This document shows, one piece after another, positions 48,257 to 57,589 of a stretch of 64,000 nucleotides of DNA; position 1 is the first letter of the stretch; every line of letters begins with the position of its first letter. Below the pieces are notes generated by a model. That model was given only the letters and a program-made list of their open reading frames with translations, did no database searches and was not told the DNA's origin. The DNA is from a virus. The position numbers and the translations under genes were made by a program. The DNA lies in IMG/VR virus record IMGVR_UViG_3300028392_000034, positions 1 through 64,000 of that record. The stretch is one strand, 5' to 3'.

Positions 48257-49242
48257 GCACCTACAGTCAACTACGTCAAATAATTCCGCCTGATCAGGCT
48301 CTGGCCAGTAAAGCACTACAGGCCGGACTTCAACAGGTTAAAAATATTTTTGACACTGAACTTCCTCAGTTGGCCATAGCCACAGAAGGGTTAGAAAGCA
48401 ATGTTGGGCTTGAGGATATCGGCAACCTAACTGGCCCATTGCCAGCCAATGTCACAGCATATTTTACAGACACCTTGGCCACAGGAACTGGACCACAAGG
48501 CCTGTTGTTGTTAACTGATGTGATTGGCAGTATTACCGGCTACAACATTACCGGTGAAATCGCCAATACCACTGCTATTTTAAGCAACATGACCTCATCA
48601 GGAGATTTTGCCGCATTGACCAATCTCACCACAGGTGTGTATACTGTAATGGAAAACTGTATAGCCGGTGATTATACTCAGGTAATAGGATCAGTTCCAC
48701 CTTATACCTATCGTGTAGTAATTCCAGGAGGACTTCCAGGAGCCGGTACTTATGGACCAGACGGTACAGCCAATGCAGCCGTCGGCAATGCATTTACTAA
48801 TGGGCTAAATCCAGCCATGGTTACCACAGTAGGAAACATTATTGCTGCATATCCGACTGATGTGGCCAACACCACTGCCAATTTCAATATCATATGTGAT
48901 CAATTGCAAACACAGAACGTCAATTTAGCCCTGGCTGGAGTATCGTTTGCCAACTTGGTTCCAGGACTACAACCCTGGAGTTTGGTTTATAATTTAGCAT
49001 CAACTGGGTTGGAAGTAGTTGAAGGTGGACCAGCTTATGTATTGCAAAGCATATCCAACGTCAATACACAAGGCGGCCAAGCTATCATAAGCACCATGCG
49101 TCAAGCTCGTAATCAAGAGCGATTAAGTGCAGCCGGTATGCAAACGGATATTACCATAAGCGATCAATATCCAGAACCTCGAGCCAATTTCGGTACCACA
49201 CAATACACTGTGGCTCAGGCCACTAGTCAAAAAATTATTTAA
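48253..49242 (+). CDS. Putative virion structural protein
   Basis: T/G/N-rich, ATGA-coupled. Confidence 0.6.
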   Translation: MSTYSQLRQIIPPDQALASKALQAGLQQVKNIFDTELPQLAIATEGLESNVGLEDIGNLTGPLPANVTAYFTDTLATGTGPQGLLLLTDVIGSITGYNITGEIANTTAILSNMTSSGDFAALTNLTTGVYTVMENCIAGDYTQVIGSVPPYTYRVVIPGGLPGAGTYGPDGTANAAVGNAFTNGLNPAMVTTVGNIIAAYPTDVANTTANFNIICDQLQTQNVNLALAGVSFANLVPGLQPWSLVYNLASTGLEVVEGGPAYVLQSISNVNTQGGQAIISTMRQARNQERLSAAGMQTDITISDQYPEPRANFGTTQYTVAQATSQKII

Positions 49243-49306
49243 TTTAGCCAAACCTTGTCAACTGACCGCAATGGTCAGGCGTTGTATTATTACACAAGGA
49301 GGGTTT

Positions 49307-49621
49307 ATGAAAAAACTCTTGATAGCAAGTCTAATTGGTTTCGCTGTGGTCAGCGCCCAAGCACATGGTCCTTATTACCACGGTTATGGACGAGGATGGC
49401 AAAGTAATCCGGGTTGGTGGGTAGCACCGGCTGTGATTGGCGGTGTAATAGGATATGAAATTAACCGACCCCCGGTTTACACTGCACCGCCAGTGATTGT
49501 CCAACCACAGCCGATGGTAATACAATCAAATCCTACAATTGTTTCGGGTCAGAATTGTGGTCCATGGACTGAAATTCGCAATGCCGACGGATCTACCACA
49601 TACCAAAGGACTTGTCAATAA
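49307..49621 (+). CDS. Exported Pro-rich protein
   Basis: AAGGAGG SD; signal peptide MKKLLIASLIGFAVVSAQA; Gly-zipper followed by Pro-rich segment. Confidence 0.7.
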   Translation: MKKLLIASLIGFAVVSAQAHGPYYHGYGRGWQSNPGWWVAPAVIGGVIGYEINRPPVYTAPPVIVQPQPMVIQSNPTIVSGQNCGPWTEIRNADGSTTYQRTCQ

Positions 49622-49639
49622 TGTTAATGAGGACAAAAA

Positions 49640-50020
49640 TTGTTTCGTACAAAGATAAAGATTGTTGGTTTGACGTTAAGCCTGGCAAGTATAGTATCGA
49701 ACGTGCAAGCACACGATATTCCTACAGGTGCGTTTGTTCGGACTGTGATCAAAAAAGAACAGGACCGTGCAACCACCAGGCCTCGTATCCCAAAAAATAA
49801 ACTTTTTCGCAGCAATCCGTTAAGAAAAAGTCTAATACTTGGAGGCACAGATCCTTGGGATACAGTCGACGATGAAGATGTCATTGCCAATGCTTATCGT
49901 AGGCCCATTGAGCCCAACACAATTAGCAATGATGACGATGAGTTGTCAGACCATGTAAAATTTAGATTATGGCTTGCCAGGCAGTTGGCACTTAAAAAAT
50001 ATTACGAAACCTGGGGGTAA
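49640..50020 (+). CDS. Hypothetical protein with a possible signal peptide
   Basis: 126 aa, followed by a terminator. Confidence 0.55.
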   Translation: MFRTKIKIVGLTLSLASIVSNVQAHDIPTGAFVRTVIKKEQDRATTRPRIPKNKLFRSNPLRKSLILGGTDPWDTVDDEDVIANAYRRPIEPNTISNDDDELSDHVKFRLWLARQLALKKYYETWG

Positions 50021-50036
50021 AAGCCCGGGTTTTTTG
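50007..50036 (+). terminator. Intrinsic terminator
   Basis: AAACCTGGG...CCCGGGTTT followed by a T run. Confidence 0.7.
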
Positions 50037-50099
50037 TTGTAAAAACGCCACACACAATGGATCCTAAAAATGTAACTAAAAGTATTACATTTTGATTGG

Positions 50100-50152
50100 T
50101 TGACCAAAAACACCCGTTCGGTTATAATACTTGTATAGAAACTAAAAAGGAG
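50100..50152 (+). repeat. Early promoter + RBS cassette, copy 3
   Basis: TTGACC-17-TATAATACTTGTATAGAAACTAAAAAGGAG. Confidence 0.9.
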
Positions 50153-50159
50153 TTGCAAA

Positions 50160-50576
50160 ATGGTTAACTGGACTGACTCTATCATACATTGGAATCAACT
50201 GCCTGGTACCGAAGTCAAGCGTCTGCTGGACACCTGGGGCAAGGATGAAGCATTCATTGCCCGATATGATAAGAAGCATGGTTATGCTGTGTCACCTGCA
50301 AAGACTGTGACCAAATCGGCCGCCAAAACGGAAGCCACGACTCCTGCAAAGGCTGTCAAAAAGGCAACCACGGCGGCACCTAAAAAGGTCACCACTCGTC
50401 AGAAGCATACCGGTCCTGACGGTGCGGTCAAATATGTTGAGCATCGTGAACTGTATGTGGGTTTCTTTGGCGGTAAGGTTGTAGTGACCAAACGCACCGA
50501 AGCGGCTTGCCGAGAAGTTTTGGCCAGAGAATACGGTGTAGAACCTGTTGGCAGCTGGGAAACTGTTAATGTATAA
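50160..50576 (+). CDS. Early protein with a Lys/Ala/Thr-rich histone-H1-like linker
   Basis: PAKAVKKATTAAPKK segment. Confidence 0.75.
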   Translation: MVNWTDSIIHWNQLPGTEVKRLLDTWGKDEAFIARYDKKHGYAVSPAKTVTKSAAKTEATTPAKAVKKATTAAPKKVTTRQKHTGPDGAVKYVEHRELYVGFFGGKVVVTKRTEAACREVLAREYGVEPVGSWETVNV

Positions 50577-50581
50577 ACCGG

Positions 50582-50637
50582 TTGACCAAAAAACCTAAAT
50601 CGGTTATAATACTTGTATAGAAACTAAAAAGGAGCCC
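50582..50637 (+). repeat. Early promoter + RBS cassette, copy 4
   Basis: TTGACC-17-TATAATACTTGTATAGAAACTAAAAAGGAGCCC. Confidence 0.9.
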
Positions 50638-50640
50638 GGT

Positions 50641-50973
50641 ATGAAACTAATGATTGCTACCCAGATCCAAGAGAACTATGGAGCCCACGATTGGGACGGT
50701 GAGGGTGAGTGCCCTCAATATTGGAAGTTCAAGGGCGGCAACGATTATTCGTATGCCTTGGGCAATTATAGTCGCAACCAAGAAGCTCTGGCCGAGTTGG
50801 TCACAGCCCTGTCAGAACAGATCAACGAAGACGGCCCTTACTACCGAGAGTATGTGATTGGCTGGTCAGTTGAGGCTGATGACTACCTTACTGAGTTTGA
50901 ACAAAGTCAGTTGGAGTATGATGGTCGTATTGTTTTCCCTACCAAACAACTCACCTTAAAGGAAATTGCATAA
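50641..50973 (+). CDS. Early phage hypothetical protein
   Basis: ENYGAHDWDG.GECPQYWKFKGG motif. Confidence 0.8.
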   Translation: MKLMIATQIQENYGAHDWDGEGECPQYWKFKGGNDYSYALGNYSRNQEALAELVTALSEQINEDGPYYREYVIGWSVEADDYLTEFEQSQLEYDGRIVFPTKQLTLKEIA

Positions 50974-51200
50974 TGGCAAGCAAATACGTCGAAGGTTTGG
51001 CAGTAGAAATTGCCTGGATGACTAACGAATCACTTGGCCAATTGGCCCGAGAATTGGTAGCACGGCATAGCGAACGTGCTGACTACTTGGACATGATGAT
51101 CCGGGCCGAGTTCCAAGAAAAGTTAATGGCCTACAACGAGCGCCAGTCTCGCAAACAGCAAGTGGTACAGGCCATTGCAAAAGATTTGGTTGGAATATAA
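50973..51200 (+). CDS. Hypothetical protein
   Basis: Coupled; SD present. Confidence 0.7.
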   Translation: MASKYVEGLAVEIAWMTNESLGQLARELVARHSERADYLDMMIRAEFQEKLMAYNERQSRKQQVVQAIAKDLVGI

Positions 51201-51201
51201 C

Positions 51202-51447
51202 ATGTCTGAAATCCGACTTGAAGGCCTGAATCATCGTCAGCAGGTACTGGCTGACATCATGTGGAGCATTGAAGAATGGGATGACGTAGAGCGTTTTATT
51301 GCCGCCCTACCCGCTCGTGAACGTATCGAGTGTGAAGGCATCATCGAAATGATGCGTTTAGAATTGGTTGAGCAATATCGTGCCTACCAGGAATCAGAAA
51401 ACACCCTGGAAGCTGATCAGGTGATTGACAAGATTCGAAAACTCTAA
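51202..51447 (+). CDS. Hypothetical protein
   Basis: Start corrected to ATG 51202. Confidence 0.7.
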   Translation: MSEIRLEGLNHRQQVLADIMWSIEEWDDVERFIAALPARERIECEGIIEMMRLELVEQYRAYQESENTLEADQVIDKIRKL

Positions 51448-51481
51448 TACAATAACATAAACTACACAACTGGAGTCGCAC

Positions 51482-51625
51482 ATGGGATCTTTTAAAGACA
51501 TTGAAATTGACATTATGGAATGGCAATCGCTGGGTCGTAGCATTGATGAAACTTATATCTATTTCAAAGACTATGTGACTCTTGAAGATGTGGTGCGTAT
51601 TTTTGCTCGTGAGGAAATACTGTAA
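51482..51625 (+). CDS. Small acidic protein (not in ORF track)
   Basis: MGSFKDIEIDIMEWQ..., 47 aa; promoter TTGACA-17-TACAAT at 51425-51453; GGAG SD. Confidence 0.65.
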   Translation: MGSFKDIEIDIMEWQSLGRSIDETYIYFKDYVTLEDVVRIFAREEIL

Positions 51626-51810
51626 TGGAATCCGGTAAGCGTCACTTGTATACCATGCGGTATACCATGAAGAAGCAGGACCTTGATGCTTTCTTGGGTG
51701 GCTTGCATCAGATGCAAATGGACATGATTGAAACTGTGGTCACCAGTAAGGAACGCCAAGGTTTTCCTGAAGCGACAGTTTTAATAAAACACATTATGGA
51801 AAAGAAATGA
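51625..51810 (+). CDS. Hypothetical protein
   Basis: TAATG coupling. Confidence 0.65.
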   Translation: MESGKRHLYTMRYTMKKQDLDAFLGGLHQMQMDMIETVVTSKERQGFPEATVLIKHIMEKK

Positions 51811-51968
51811 AACGACAAAGTCCCTTCCGTACATGGTTACAAAATCTATGGTTAGAAAATTGTGACGAGCATGACGGTTATGGACAGCCGCGAATGACCA
51901 TGGACGAATACTTTTCTCGATACAAATATTGGCTCAAACGCGAATACCGTTTCCAACAGAAAAAATGA
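51807..51968 (+). CDS. Small aromatic-rich protein (not in ORF track)
   Basis: MKRQSPFRTWLQNLWLENCDEH...YKYWLKREYRFQQKK, 53 aa; ATGA-coupled on both sides. Confidence 0.65.
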   Translation: MKRQSPFRTWLQNLWLENCDEHDGYGQPRMTMDEYFSRYKYWLKREYRFQQKK

Positions 51969-52246
51969 TTAAACATCTTGTTCTCGTCAGTGCCGTTGTG
52001 TTGGGTGGGTGTGCCAGTCAGGCACCTGTGGTACCGATATCTGTGATGTTGCCCTACTACACCATGGACACGTTCAAAGCGGATTGTGCATACAGCGAAA
52101 CTCAACGTAAATTCTTAGAAGATAGAATTGCTGAGTATAATCAGTATCATCTGACTCGTCCTTATACAGAACAAGATCGAACTTACTACACCAAATTGAA
52201 AAATGCACTATGGGGGCTAAGATCAGCATGTGGCGCAAATCGATAA
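51965..52246 (+). CDS. Lipoprotein
   Basis: MIKHLVLVSAVVLGG|C lipobox. Confidence 0.7.
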   Translation: MIKHLVLVSAVVLGGCASQAPVVPISVMLPYYTMDTFKADCAYSETQRKFLEDRIAEYNQYHLTRPYTEQDRTYYTKLKNALWGLRSACGANR

Positions 52247-52791
52247 TCACAATGGCCATGGCTGTGACAGCCACTGCACAAGCCGAATGCTTTGTTAGGT
52301 CTGCAATAACCAACCAAACTGCCATACAAATCACCAGTATCGCTGATGTAAAGCCGTGGGTGGTACCTGTCTCACCTACACAGAACAAGTGTATAGTGAA
52401 TTTTAGGGCACAAGTAAATGGTGAATGGATCACTGCCGAAGGTGAAAATGTTGGTCCAAAAAGCCTAAGTGACGCCTTGCTTTGTCGAGGTGCAATGGAT
52501 CAAGGACGCACTCAAATTTTGAGTCGTGCAGATGGAAAGACTTTGGCCGTAGAACAAAACATGGTATGTACCGATCAGACACTGCCCAAGGTACGACGAG
52601 TTGAAGTGGGAGATCGGGTGTTAGAAAGCGAAGTGTTGCCGCACCCACATTTTCCAAAACAATTTGTTTACCATAATGCCACGTGTCGTTGGTTCGCAGA
52701 ACAAGAAGTTAGATCTGGAGATTTGCGACATCGTCAAGGTATCATTTGTCGTTCACATGACAACGAATGGCTAGTGGTTGACAAATGGTAA
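52228..52791 (+). CDS. Exported Cys-containing protein
   Basis: Signal peptide MWRKSIITMAMAVTATAQA. Confidence 0.65.
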   Translation: MWRKSIITMAMAVTATAQAECFVRSAITNQTAIQITSIADVKPWVVPVSPTQNKCIVNFRAQVNGEWITAEGENVGPKSLSDALLCRGAMDQGRTQILSRADGKTLAVEQNMVCTDQTLPKVRRVEVGDRVLESEVLPHPHFPKQFVYHNATCRWFAEQEVRSGDLRHRQGIICRSHDNEWLVVDKW

Positions 52792-52840
52792 CATTTGTAG
52801 TATAGTATTGTTATTGTAACCAAACCCGAAAGGTAATTGA

Positions 52841-53509
52841 ATGAAAAAACTATTAATTATAACAGCAGTGGCAAGTGTGCTAACCGCGTGTGGCACAACC
52901 AACAACACCGCACAACTGCAAAATGGCGGTGTGGCGCCAGTTTCACACATGGCTGCGGCCGTGAAAGAAGCTCCGGAGTGGATGAGCAAAATGCCCAAGG
53001 TACAGGGCTATGTATTCGAAAACGGAACTGCTACCAGTAGCGATTTTGGATTTGCAGATATCAAAGCCAAGACCATGGCTTACAGTAAGATTTGTAACAG
53101 TGCTGGCGGAACAGTTCGTAGCCAAACTAAGATTTACAAAGCTGACAACGGTGATACCGGAACCGAGCAGAGTGAATTGGCCATTCGTAGCATGTGTGCA
53201 GACGTAGACATTTCTGGTGTAGAAACTGTGGAAATGAAACACGTGGCCGAAGGCAATCGCATTCGCACCTATGTATTGGTGGCCTTACCGTTAAATGGTA
53301 ATGCAAATAAAAATACACGACGCAGTGCCCGAGAAGCATTCAAAGAACTAGACGAAATGTCACGTGAACAAAAAGGTGTCGATGCCACACCAGGTCGACC
53401 CACAACATTGAATTTGTTGCCAGTGGACAATGAGGAATACAAGGCTCGTCGAGATGCGGCACTGCAAAAACCCGGTGCTGTGATTGGACAAGTTACCATT
53501 GCCAACTAA
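52841..53509 (+). CDS. Lipoprotein (LPP20-like)
   Basis: LTA|C lipobox; PEWM...G.ATS.D..A..KA...A pattern; promoter TTGACA-17-TATAGT at 52778-52806. Confidence 0.7.
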   Translation: MKKLLIITAVASVLTACGTTNNTAQLQNGGVAPVSHMAAAVKEAPEWMSKMPKVQGYVFENGTATSSDFGFADIKAKTMAYSKICNSAGGTVRSQTKIYKADNGDTGTEQSELAIRSMCADVDISGVETVEMKHVAEGNRIRTYVLVALPLNGNANKNTRRSAREAFKELDEMSREQKGVDATPGRPTTLNLLPVDNEEYKARRDAALQKPGAVIGQVTIAN

Positions 53510-53512
53510 TCA

Positions 53513-53812
53513 GTGACCGAACAGCAACAACTGATGTGGGATATGTTGAGAGCCGACCCGGCTACAATGTGTCATGTTTGGGCCCAGGATATTATGAAAT
53601 CCAAAAGAAATATGCATCGCAAAGCCGACCAATATTTAGGACTTGCTCTCAATTGGTTTACAGTTGAAGATATCACTGGCATAATGAAAACATGGATCTC
53701 GCATTATGACATGCCACTCAATCCCGGAAAGTTGACAAACTACGAAACGTTTCATCGCAAATGTGGACCGTATGTTTTTGCAAATTCGTGTTCGATTAAG
53801 GGTTTTGTATGA
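53513..53812 (+). CDS. Hypothetical protein
   Basis: 99-aa ORF. Confidence 0.55.
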   Translation: MTEQQQLMWDMLRADPATMCHVWAQDIMKSKRNMHRKADQYLGLALNWFTVEDITGIMKTWISHYDMPLNPGKLTNYETFHRKCGPYVFANSCSIKGFV

Positions 53813-54267
53813 AAAAGATTTATTATGAAAAAAAGGGTCGTAGATATGTTCCTGTTGCAGAATATGATAACGAATATTTGGACAGCTTTCCAAAGGGCAA
53901 TCATTTGGTTATGTGCTATCCCGGAGGTAGTAGTCGTCGTTTTCGCATTGACCCTGCTCTGGCTCCAATGATTGCAGCCGGGCGGTACGCAAAAGATGCT
54001 ATCTGTGATGCACTTCGTAAAGCCAGCGAAATCCAGCCAGCAGTCAAGGCTCTCACGCCGGAACAACTAGCGGCTTGGGAACATTTAGTCACGGTGTTTG
54101 GCGATGATGCCAGATGTCTACACAGGGCAAGTAGTCTTGATATTGCCGAAGCAGGTGTAACAGCTATGCAAGTAGAAGCTGACAAATTGATGCAAAACGC
54201 AAGTGTGCGTCAAGCATATGAACAGTTCCTTTTAGTATGTAAACTAACATCTAGCAAGATAGAGTAA
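53809..54267 (+). CDS. Hypothetical protein
   Basis: YEKKGRRYVPV.EYD motif. Confidence 0.7.
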   Translation: MKKIYYEKKGRRYVPVAEYDNEYLDSFPKGNHLVMCYPGGSSRRFRIDPALAPMIAAGRYAKDAICDALRKASEIQPAVKALTPEQLAAWEHLVTVFGDDARCLHRASSLDIAEAGVTAMQVEADKLMQNASVRQAYEQFLLVCKLTSSKIE

Positions 54268-54271
54268 ATAT

Positions 54272-55645
54272 ATGGACATAGATTTTACTGGTGAACAATT
54301 TAATGAGATCAAAGTGGCCGCAGACTGGATAAGAGACCTCGAGAGTAGCGACAGCCGTTTACACAAAGAATCAGTAATTGAAAAAGCACTAATGGCATCC
54401 AAGTTAGGATCGGCCAATGCTCAATGCTTCTTGTTCAACTGCTATCAGGCCTACAACCCCTATTTCGTATTTGGTGTAAAGAAAGTTCCTGAGACCAAAG
54501 ATCTCACAGACCGTCCAAATCCTTGGCCAAAGTTTTGGGCCATGTTAGAAGCTCTACGCACCCGTAGCCTTACTGGACACAACGCTAAAGAATCCATTGA
54601 GTGGATGAGTGAACAGTTTGACTCAGCAGAGTGGAATGGCCTGTGTCGTAGAGTCATTATCAAAGACCTACGCTGTGGTATCAGCGACAAGACACTGAAC
54701 AAAGTTCTAGGCAACACCGAGTGGAAAATTCCTGTATTTACTTGTCAGTTGGCCACAGACAGTGAAAAGCATACAGCCAAAATGACCGGACTGAAACGCA
54801 TCGAACAAAAGTTAGATGGTGTGCGTGTGTTAGCGGTAGTAACTAAAACCACAGTTAATCTATACAGTCGTAATGGTAAACCGTTTGATAACTTTCCACA
54901 GATTGTAGAAGCAATCGAAAATATCAAAAACAAATTTGCCATATTTCAAACTGCACCACATGGGTTTGTGTTGGATGGCGAAATCATTGGAGAAAGTTTT
55001 CAAGCCTTAATGAAGCAAGCTCAACGCAAGAGCAATGTCGAAACAACAGGCATGACATACAGTGTGTTTGATGTTGTGCCTCTGGTGGACTTTGAACGCG
55101 GTTTTTGGAATGCCCAGCAACATAAACGCTTGGCCATGTTGGAAGAATACCGTGCGGCGTTTGAATCAACTGACTGTGTTCGTATCATGGATGGTATTAC
55201 GGTAGATTTGGGCACGGCCGAAGGACACGACATTATGCATCGCTATGCAGAAGATGCTGTGTCTTTGGGCTTTGAAGGTATCATGATCAAAGATCTAGGC
55301 GCACCATATGAATGTCGTCGTAGCACTTTTTGGATGAAATGGAAACCTACTATAACAGTAGATCTCAATATTGTGGGTTTTGAAGAAGGCACTGGTCGCA
55401 ATCTTGGCCGCTTGGGTGCTATAATTTGTGAAGGAGTTGACAATGAGCGAAGTATTCATGTTAATGTTGGTAGTGGTTTGTCTGATGCTAATCGTGATGA
55501 GTATTGGATGGTCAGAGATCAATTACTTGGTAATGTTATTGAAGTCGAAGCTGACGCAGTTACGCAAAACCAAGACGGATCATACAGTTTAAGATTCCCT
55601 CGGTTTGTTCGTTTCCGTGGGTTTGAAGCAGGAGAAAAACTGTAA
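54272..55645 (+). CDS. ATP-dependent DNA ligase
   Basis: KLDGVR, LDGE, FDVV, EGIMIK, WMKWK; OB fold SLRFPRF. Confidence 0.95.
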   Translation: MDIDFTGEQFNEIKVAADWIRDLESSDSRLHKESVIEKALMASKLGSANAQCFLFNCYQAYNPYFVFGVKKVPETKDLTDRPNPWPKFWAMLEALRTRSLTGHNAKESIEWMSEQFDSAEWNGLCRRVIIKDLRCGISDKTLNKVLGNTEWKIPVFTCQLATDSEKHTAKMTGLKRIEQKLDGVRVLAVVTKTTVNLYSRNGKPFDNFPQIVEAIENIKNKFAIFQTAPHGFVLDGEIIGESFQALMKQAQRKSNVETTGMTYSVFDVVPLVDFERGFWNAQQHKRLAMLEEYRAAFESTDCVRIMDGITVDLGTAEGHDIMHRYAEDAVSLGFEGIMIKDLGAPYECRRSTFWMKWKPTITVDLNIVGFEEGTGRNLGRLGAIICEGVDNERSIHVNVGSGLSDANRDEYWMVRDQLLGNVIEVEADAVTQNQDGSYSLRFPRFVRFRGFEAGEKL

Positions 55646-55737
55646 TGCATTGGCTATTGGTAGTGATACTGGCGTTTGTTAACTTGCCGCTGGCGTTGGC
55701 ATTGACAGCAATTTTTTTATTTTTTGAAAATCGATAA
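55645..55737 (+). CDS. Small membrane peptide (not in ORF track)
   Basis: MHWLLVVILAFVNLPLALALTAIFLFFENR; AGGAG SD; TAATG coupling. Confidence 0.5.
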   Translation: MHWLLVVILAFVNLPLALALTAIFLFFENR

Positions 55738-55743
55738 TAAACT

Positions 55744-56025
55744 ATGAATAAGACAACCGGTGAAGTGATGGATATCCTTCAAGAAGAATGCGCTGAAGTA
55801 ATTCAGGCTGTTAGTAAAATTCGACGCTTTGGTATAGACAATGCCAAACCCGGCAAGGATAAAACCAATCGAGAGCATCTTGAAGATGAGATTGGTGACC
55901 TGTATGCCATGATTGATATCTTGCAGGAGTTAGATATTGTCAGTTGGTCTGGAATCGAAAAAGCCGCAGAGGCCAAACGTGAAAAGCTGAAGATTTGGAG
56001 CACCATTTTTGAAAAGGCCGCTTGA
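55744..56025 (+). CDS. MazG-like NTP pyrophosphohydrolase
   Basis: EECAEVIQA...EDEIGDL. Confidence 0.75.
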   Translation: MNKTTGEVMDILQEECAEVIQAVSKIRRFGIDNAKPGKDKTNREHLEDEIGDLYAMIDILQELDIVSWSGIEKAAEAKREKLKIWSTIFEKAA

Positions 56026-56026
56026 T

Positions 56027-56311
56027 ATGGAAATTACATATGATACTGTTACAGAAGACGTAGATTCACGTAATCAAGAAATTCGTGACCTATTGCAACA
56101 TGGTATTTCTGAAATTACATTTACTAAACTAAATGGCGAACTACGAACTATGCCTTGCACCTTAGACACCACTTTACTACCGCCACAGCCGCTTAACGAG
56201 TCTCCTAAGACTCGTCCTTACAAGCCCGAGACATTAAGTGTTTGGTGTGTAGATAAATCAGAGTGGCGATCATTTCGTGTCGCTAACGTGACACGGATTG
56301 TGCAAATATAA
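56027..56311 (+). CDS. WYL_2/DUF2693-like SH3-fold protein
   Basis: FTKLNGELRTM.CTL...W.VDKSEWRSFR. Confidence 0.75.
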   Translation: MEITYDTVTEDVDSRNQEIRDLLQHGISEITFTKLNGELRTMPCTLDTTLLPPQPLNESPKTRPYKPETLSVWCVDKSEWRSFRVANVTRIVQI

Positions 56312-56421
56312 TGGATTGGTTACTGCAGGCTTGGTTTGTTGAGGCTGTAGGAACTATATTGTTGGCTATACTGTTGGTATGGCTTCTTAGTAAGATATTT
56401 GAATTTTTAGACCGGGAATAA
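56311..56421 (+). CDS. Small membrane peptide (not in ORF track)
   Basis: MDWLLQAWFVEAVGTILLAILLVWLLSKIFEFLDRE; TAATG coupling. Confidence 0.5.
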   Translation: MDWLLQAWFVEAVGTILLAILLVWLLSKIFEFLDRE

Positions 56422-56422
56422 T

Positions 56423-57589
56423 ATGGCAACAAAGTCAGAAAAACAACAACTTATTGACACACTGAAATTCACACCACGCACCTACAAGATTAGCATGTGG
56501 GGCTATGGCGGTGAAAAAGTCATGGGCACAGTAGACCGAGCGGTGTGGGATTACTGTATGGAGAACCAAGTCGACTTGTCTGAAATTGCCTGGAGTGATG
56601 AAGAAACAGTGCAAGATGAAATGGGCTTAGATGTAGACCGTCTGCCATTCGCTCCAGGATCGTGGTATGAATGCGATGATATGGCACATACTAACGGTGT
56701 TAGCCGTAATGCTGGCACACTACAAATTGAAGACGAAAACGGCACGGTAGTGTTTGAACGGAGATTAGAGGATTGCGATGGCGGCAGTGAAGACAGCCCA
56801 GTATGGAGTTGCAATGATGAATCTTGGGTTGGTAGTAAGCCTGCCGGCACTGTGGTGTTCATTGGCACTAGCAATGAAAAAGGCACATTCTTCGAAGGTG
56901 AGATTGCGCTTACACAACCATTTGACATTGAACTATTAGAACTGCACTACGATGACATCGACGGCGAAGAACTAGTCAATGGCGTTGTGTATGATGGTGA
57001 GGACATTGACAACTATGGCGGTAGTACCGATGGTAAGAGTTCAGACTTTGGAATGTATCTTGTAAAAGATAGTAATTCGTGGGAAACTTACGCCCCAGAG
57101 GAAAAAGACTGGGGACATCCTCCATACGGAACCGGCCCAAGTACCTGGGAAAAGTCTGAGACTTTTAAGTTCAAGAAAGTTAAACCTACACTGCCTGGCT
57201 ATTACAGTTGTACCTGGCGACATTTTGGCACAACATACGGCTCGGCCTACTGGGATGGGGAACAGTTTGGAGAATGGGAATACGGCAAGTTCAATCCAAT
57301 CACTGGAGAAATTGTTTCTTGGTCGGGATATAACTGGGATACCAGTAGTTGGGTCAACCAACCGCCGGAACCTGTAAATGTCAGTTGCGACAATAAAAAA
57401 TGTGGTTGGGTTGGTCAAGGCGAAGAACGTCGTACTGACGATGACTACACGGATCACTGTCCTGCATGTGATGGCACCGAGTTTACTTGGATTGATTATG
57501 ATCCAGATAGTAAACAAGGTCGTGCCAATCGTGCTAAGTATTGCAAGGAATGGGATCCTGCTGTGGCACTGGAGAAAATATGCAAGTAA
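56423..57589 (+). CDS. Acidic hypothetical protein with a C-terminal Zn ribbon
   Basis: CDNKKC...CPAC. Confidence 0.7.
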   Translation: MATKSEKQQLIDTLKFTPRTYKISMWGYGGEKVMGTVDRAVWDYCMENQVDLSEIAWSDEETVQDEMGLDVDRLPFAPGSWYECDDMAHTNGVSRNAGTLQIEDENGTVVFERRLEDCDGGSEDSPVWSCNDESWVGSKPAGTVVFIGTSNEKGTFFEGEIALTQPFDIELLELHYDDIDGEELVNGVVYDGEDIDNYGGSTDGKSSDFGMYLVKDSNSWETYAPEEKDWGHPPYGTGPSTWEKSETFKFKKVKPTLPGYYSCTWRHFGTTYGSAYWDGEQFGEWEYGKFNPITGEIVSWSGYNWDTSSWVNQPPEPVNVSCDNKKCGWVGQGEERRTDDDYTDHCPACDGTEFTWIDYDPDSKQGRANRAKYCKEWDPAVALEKICK

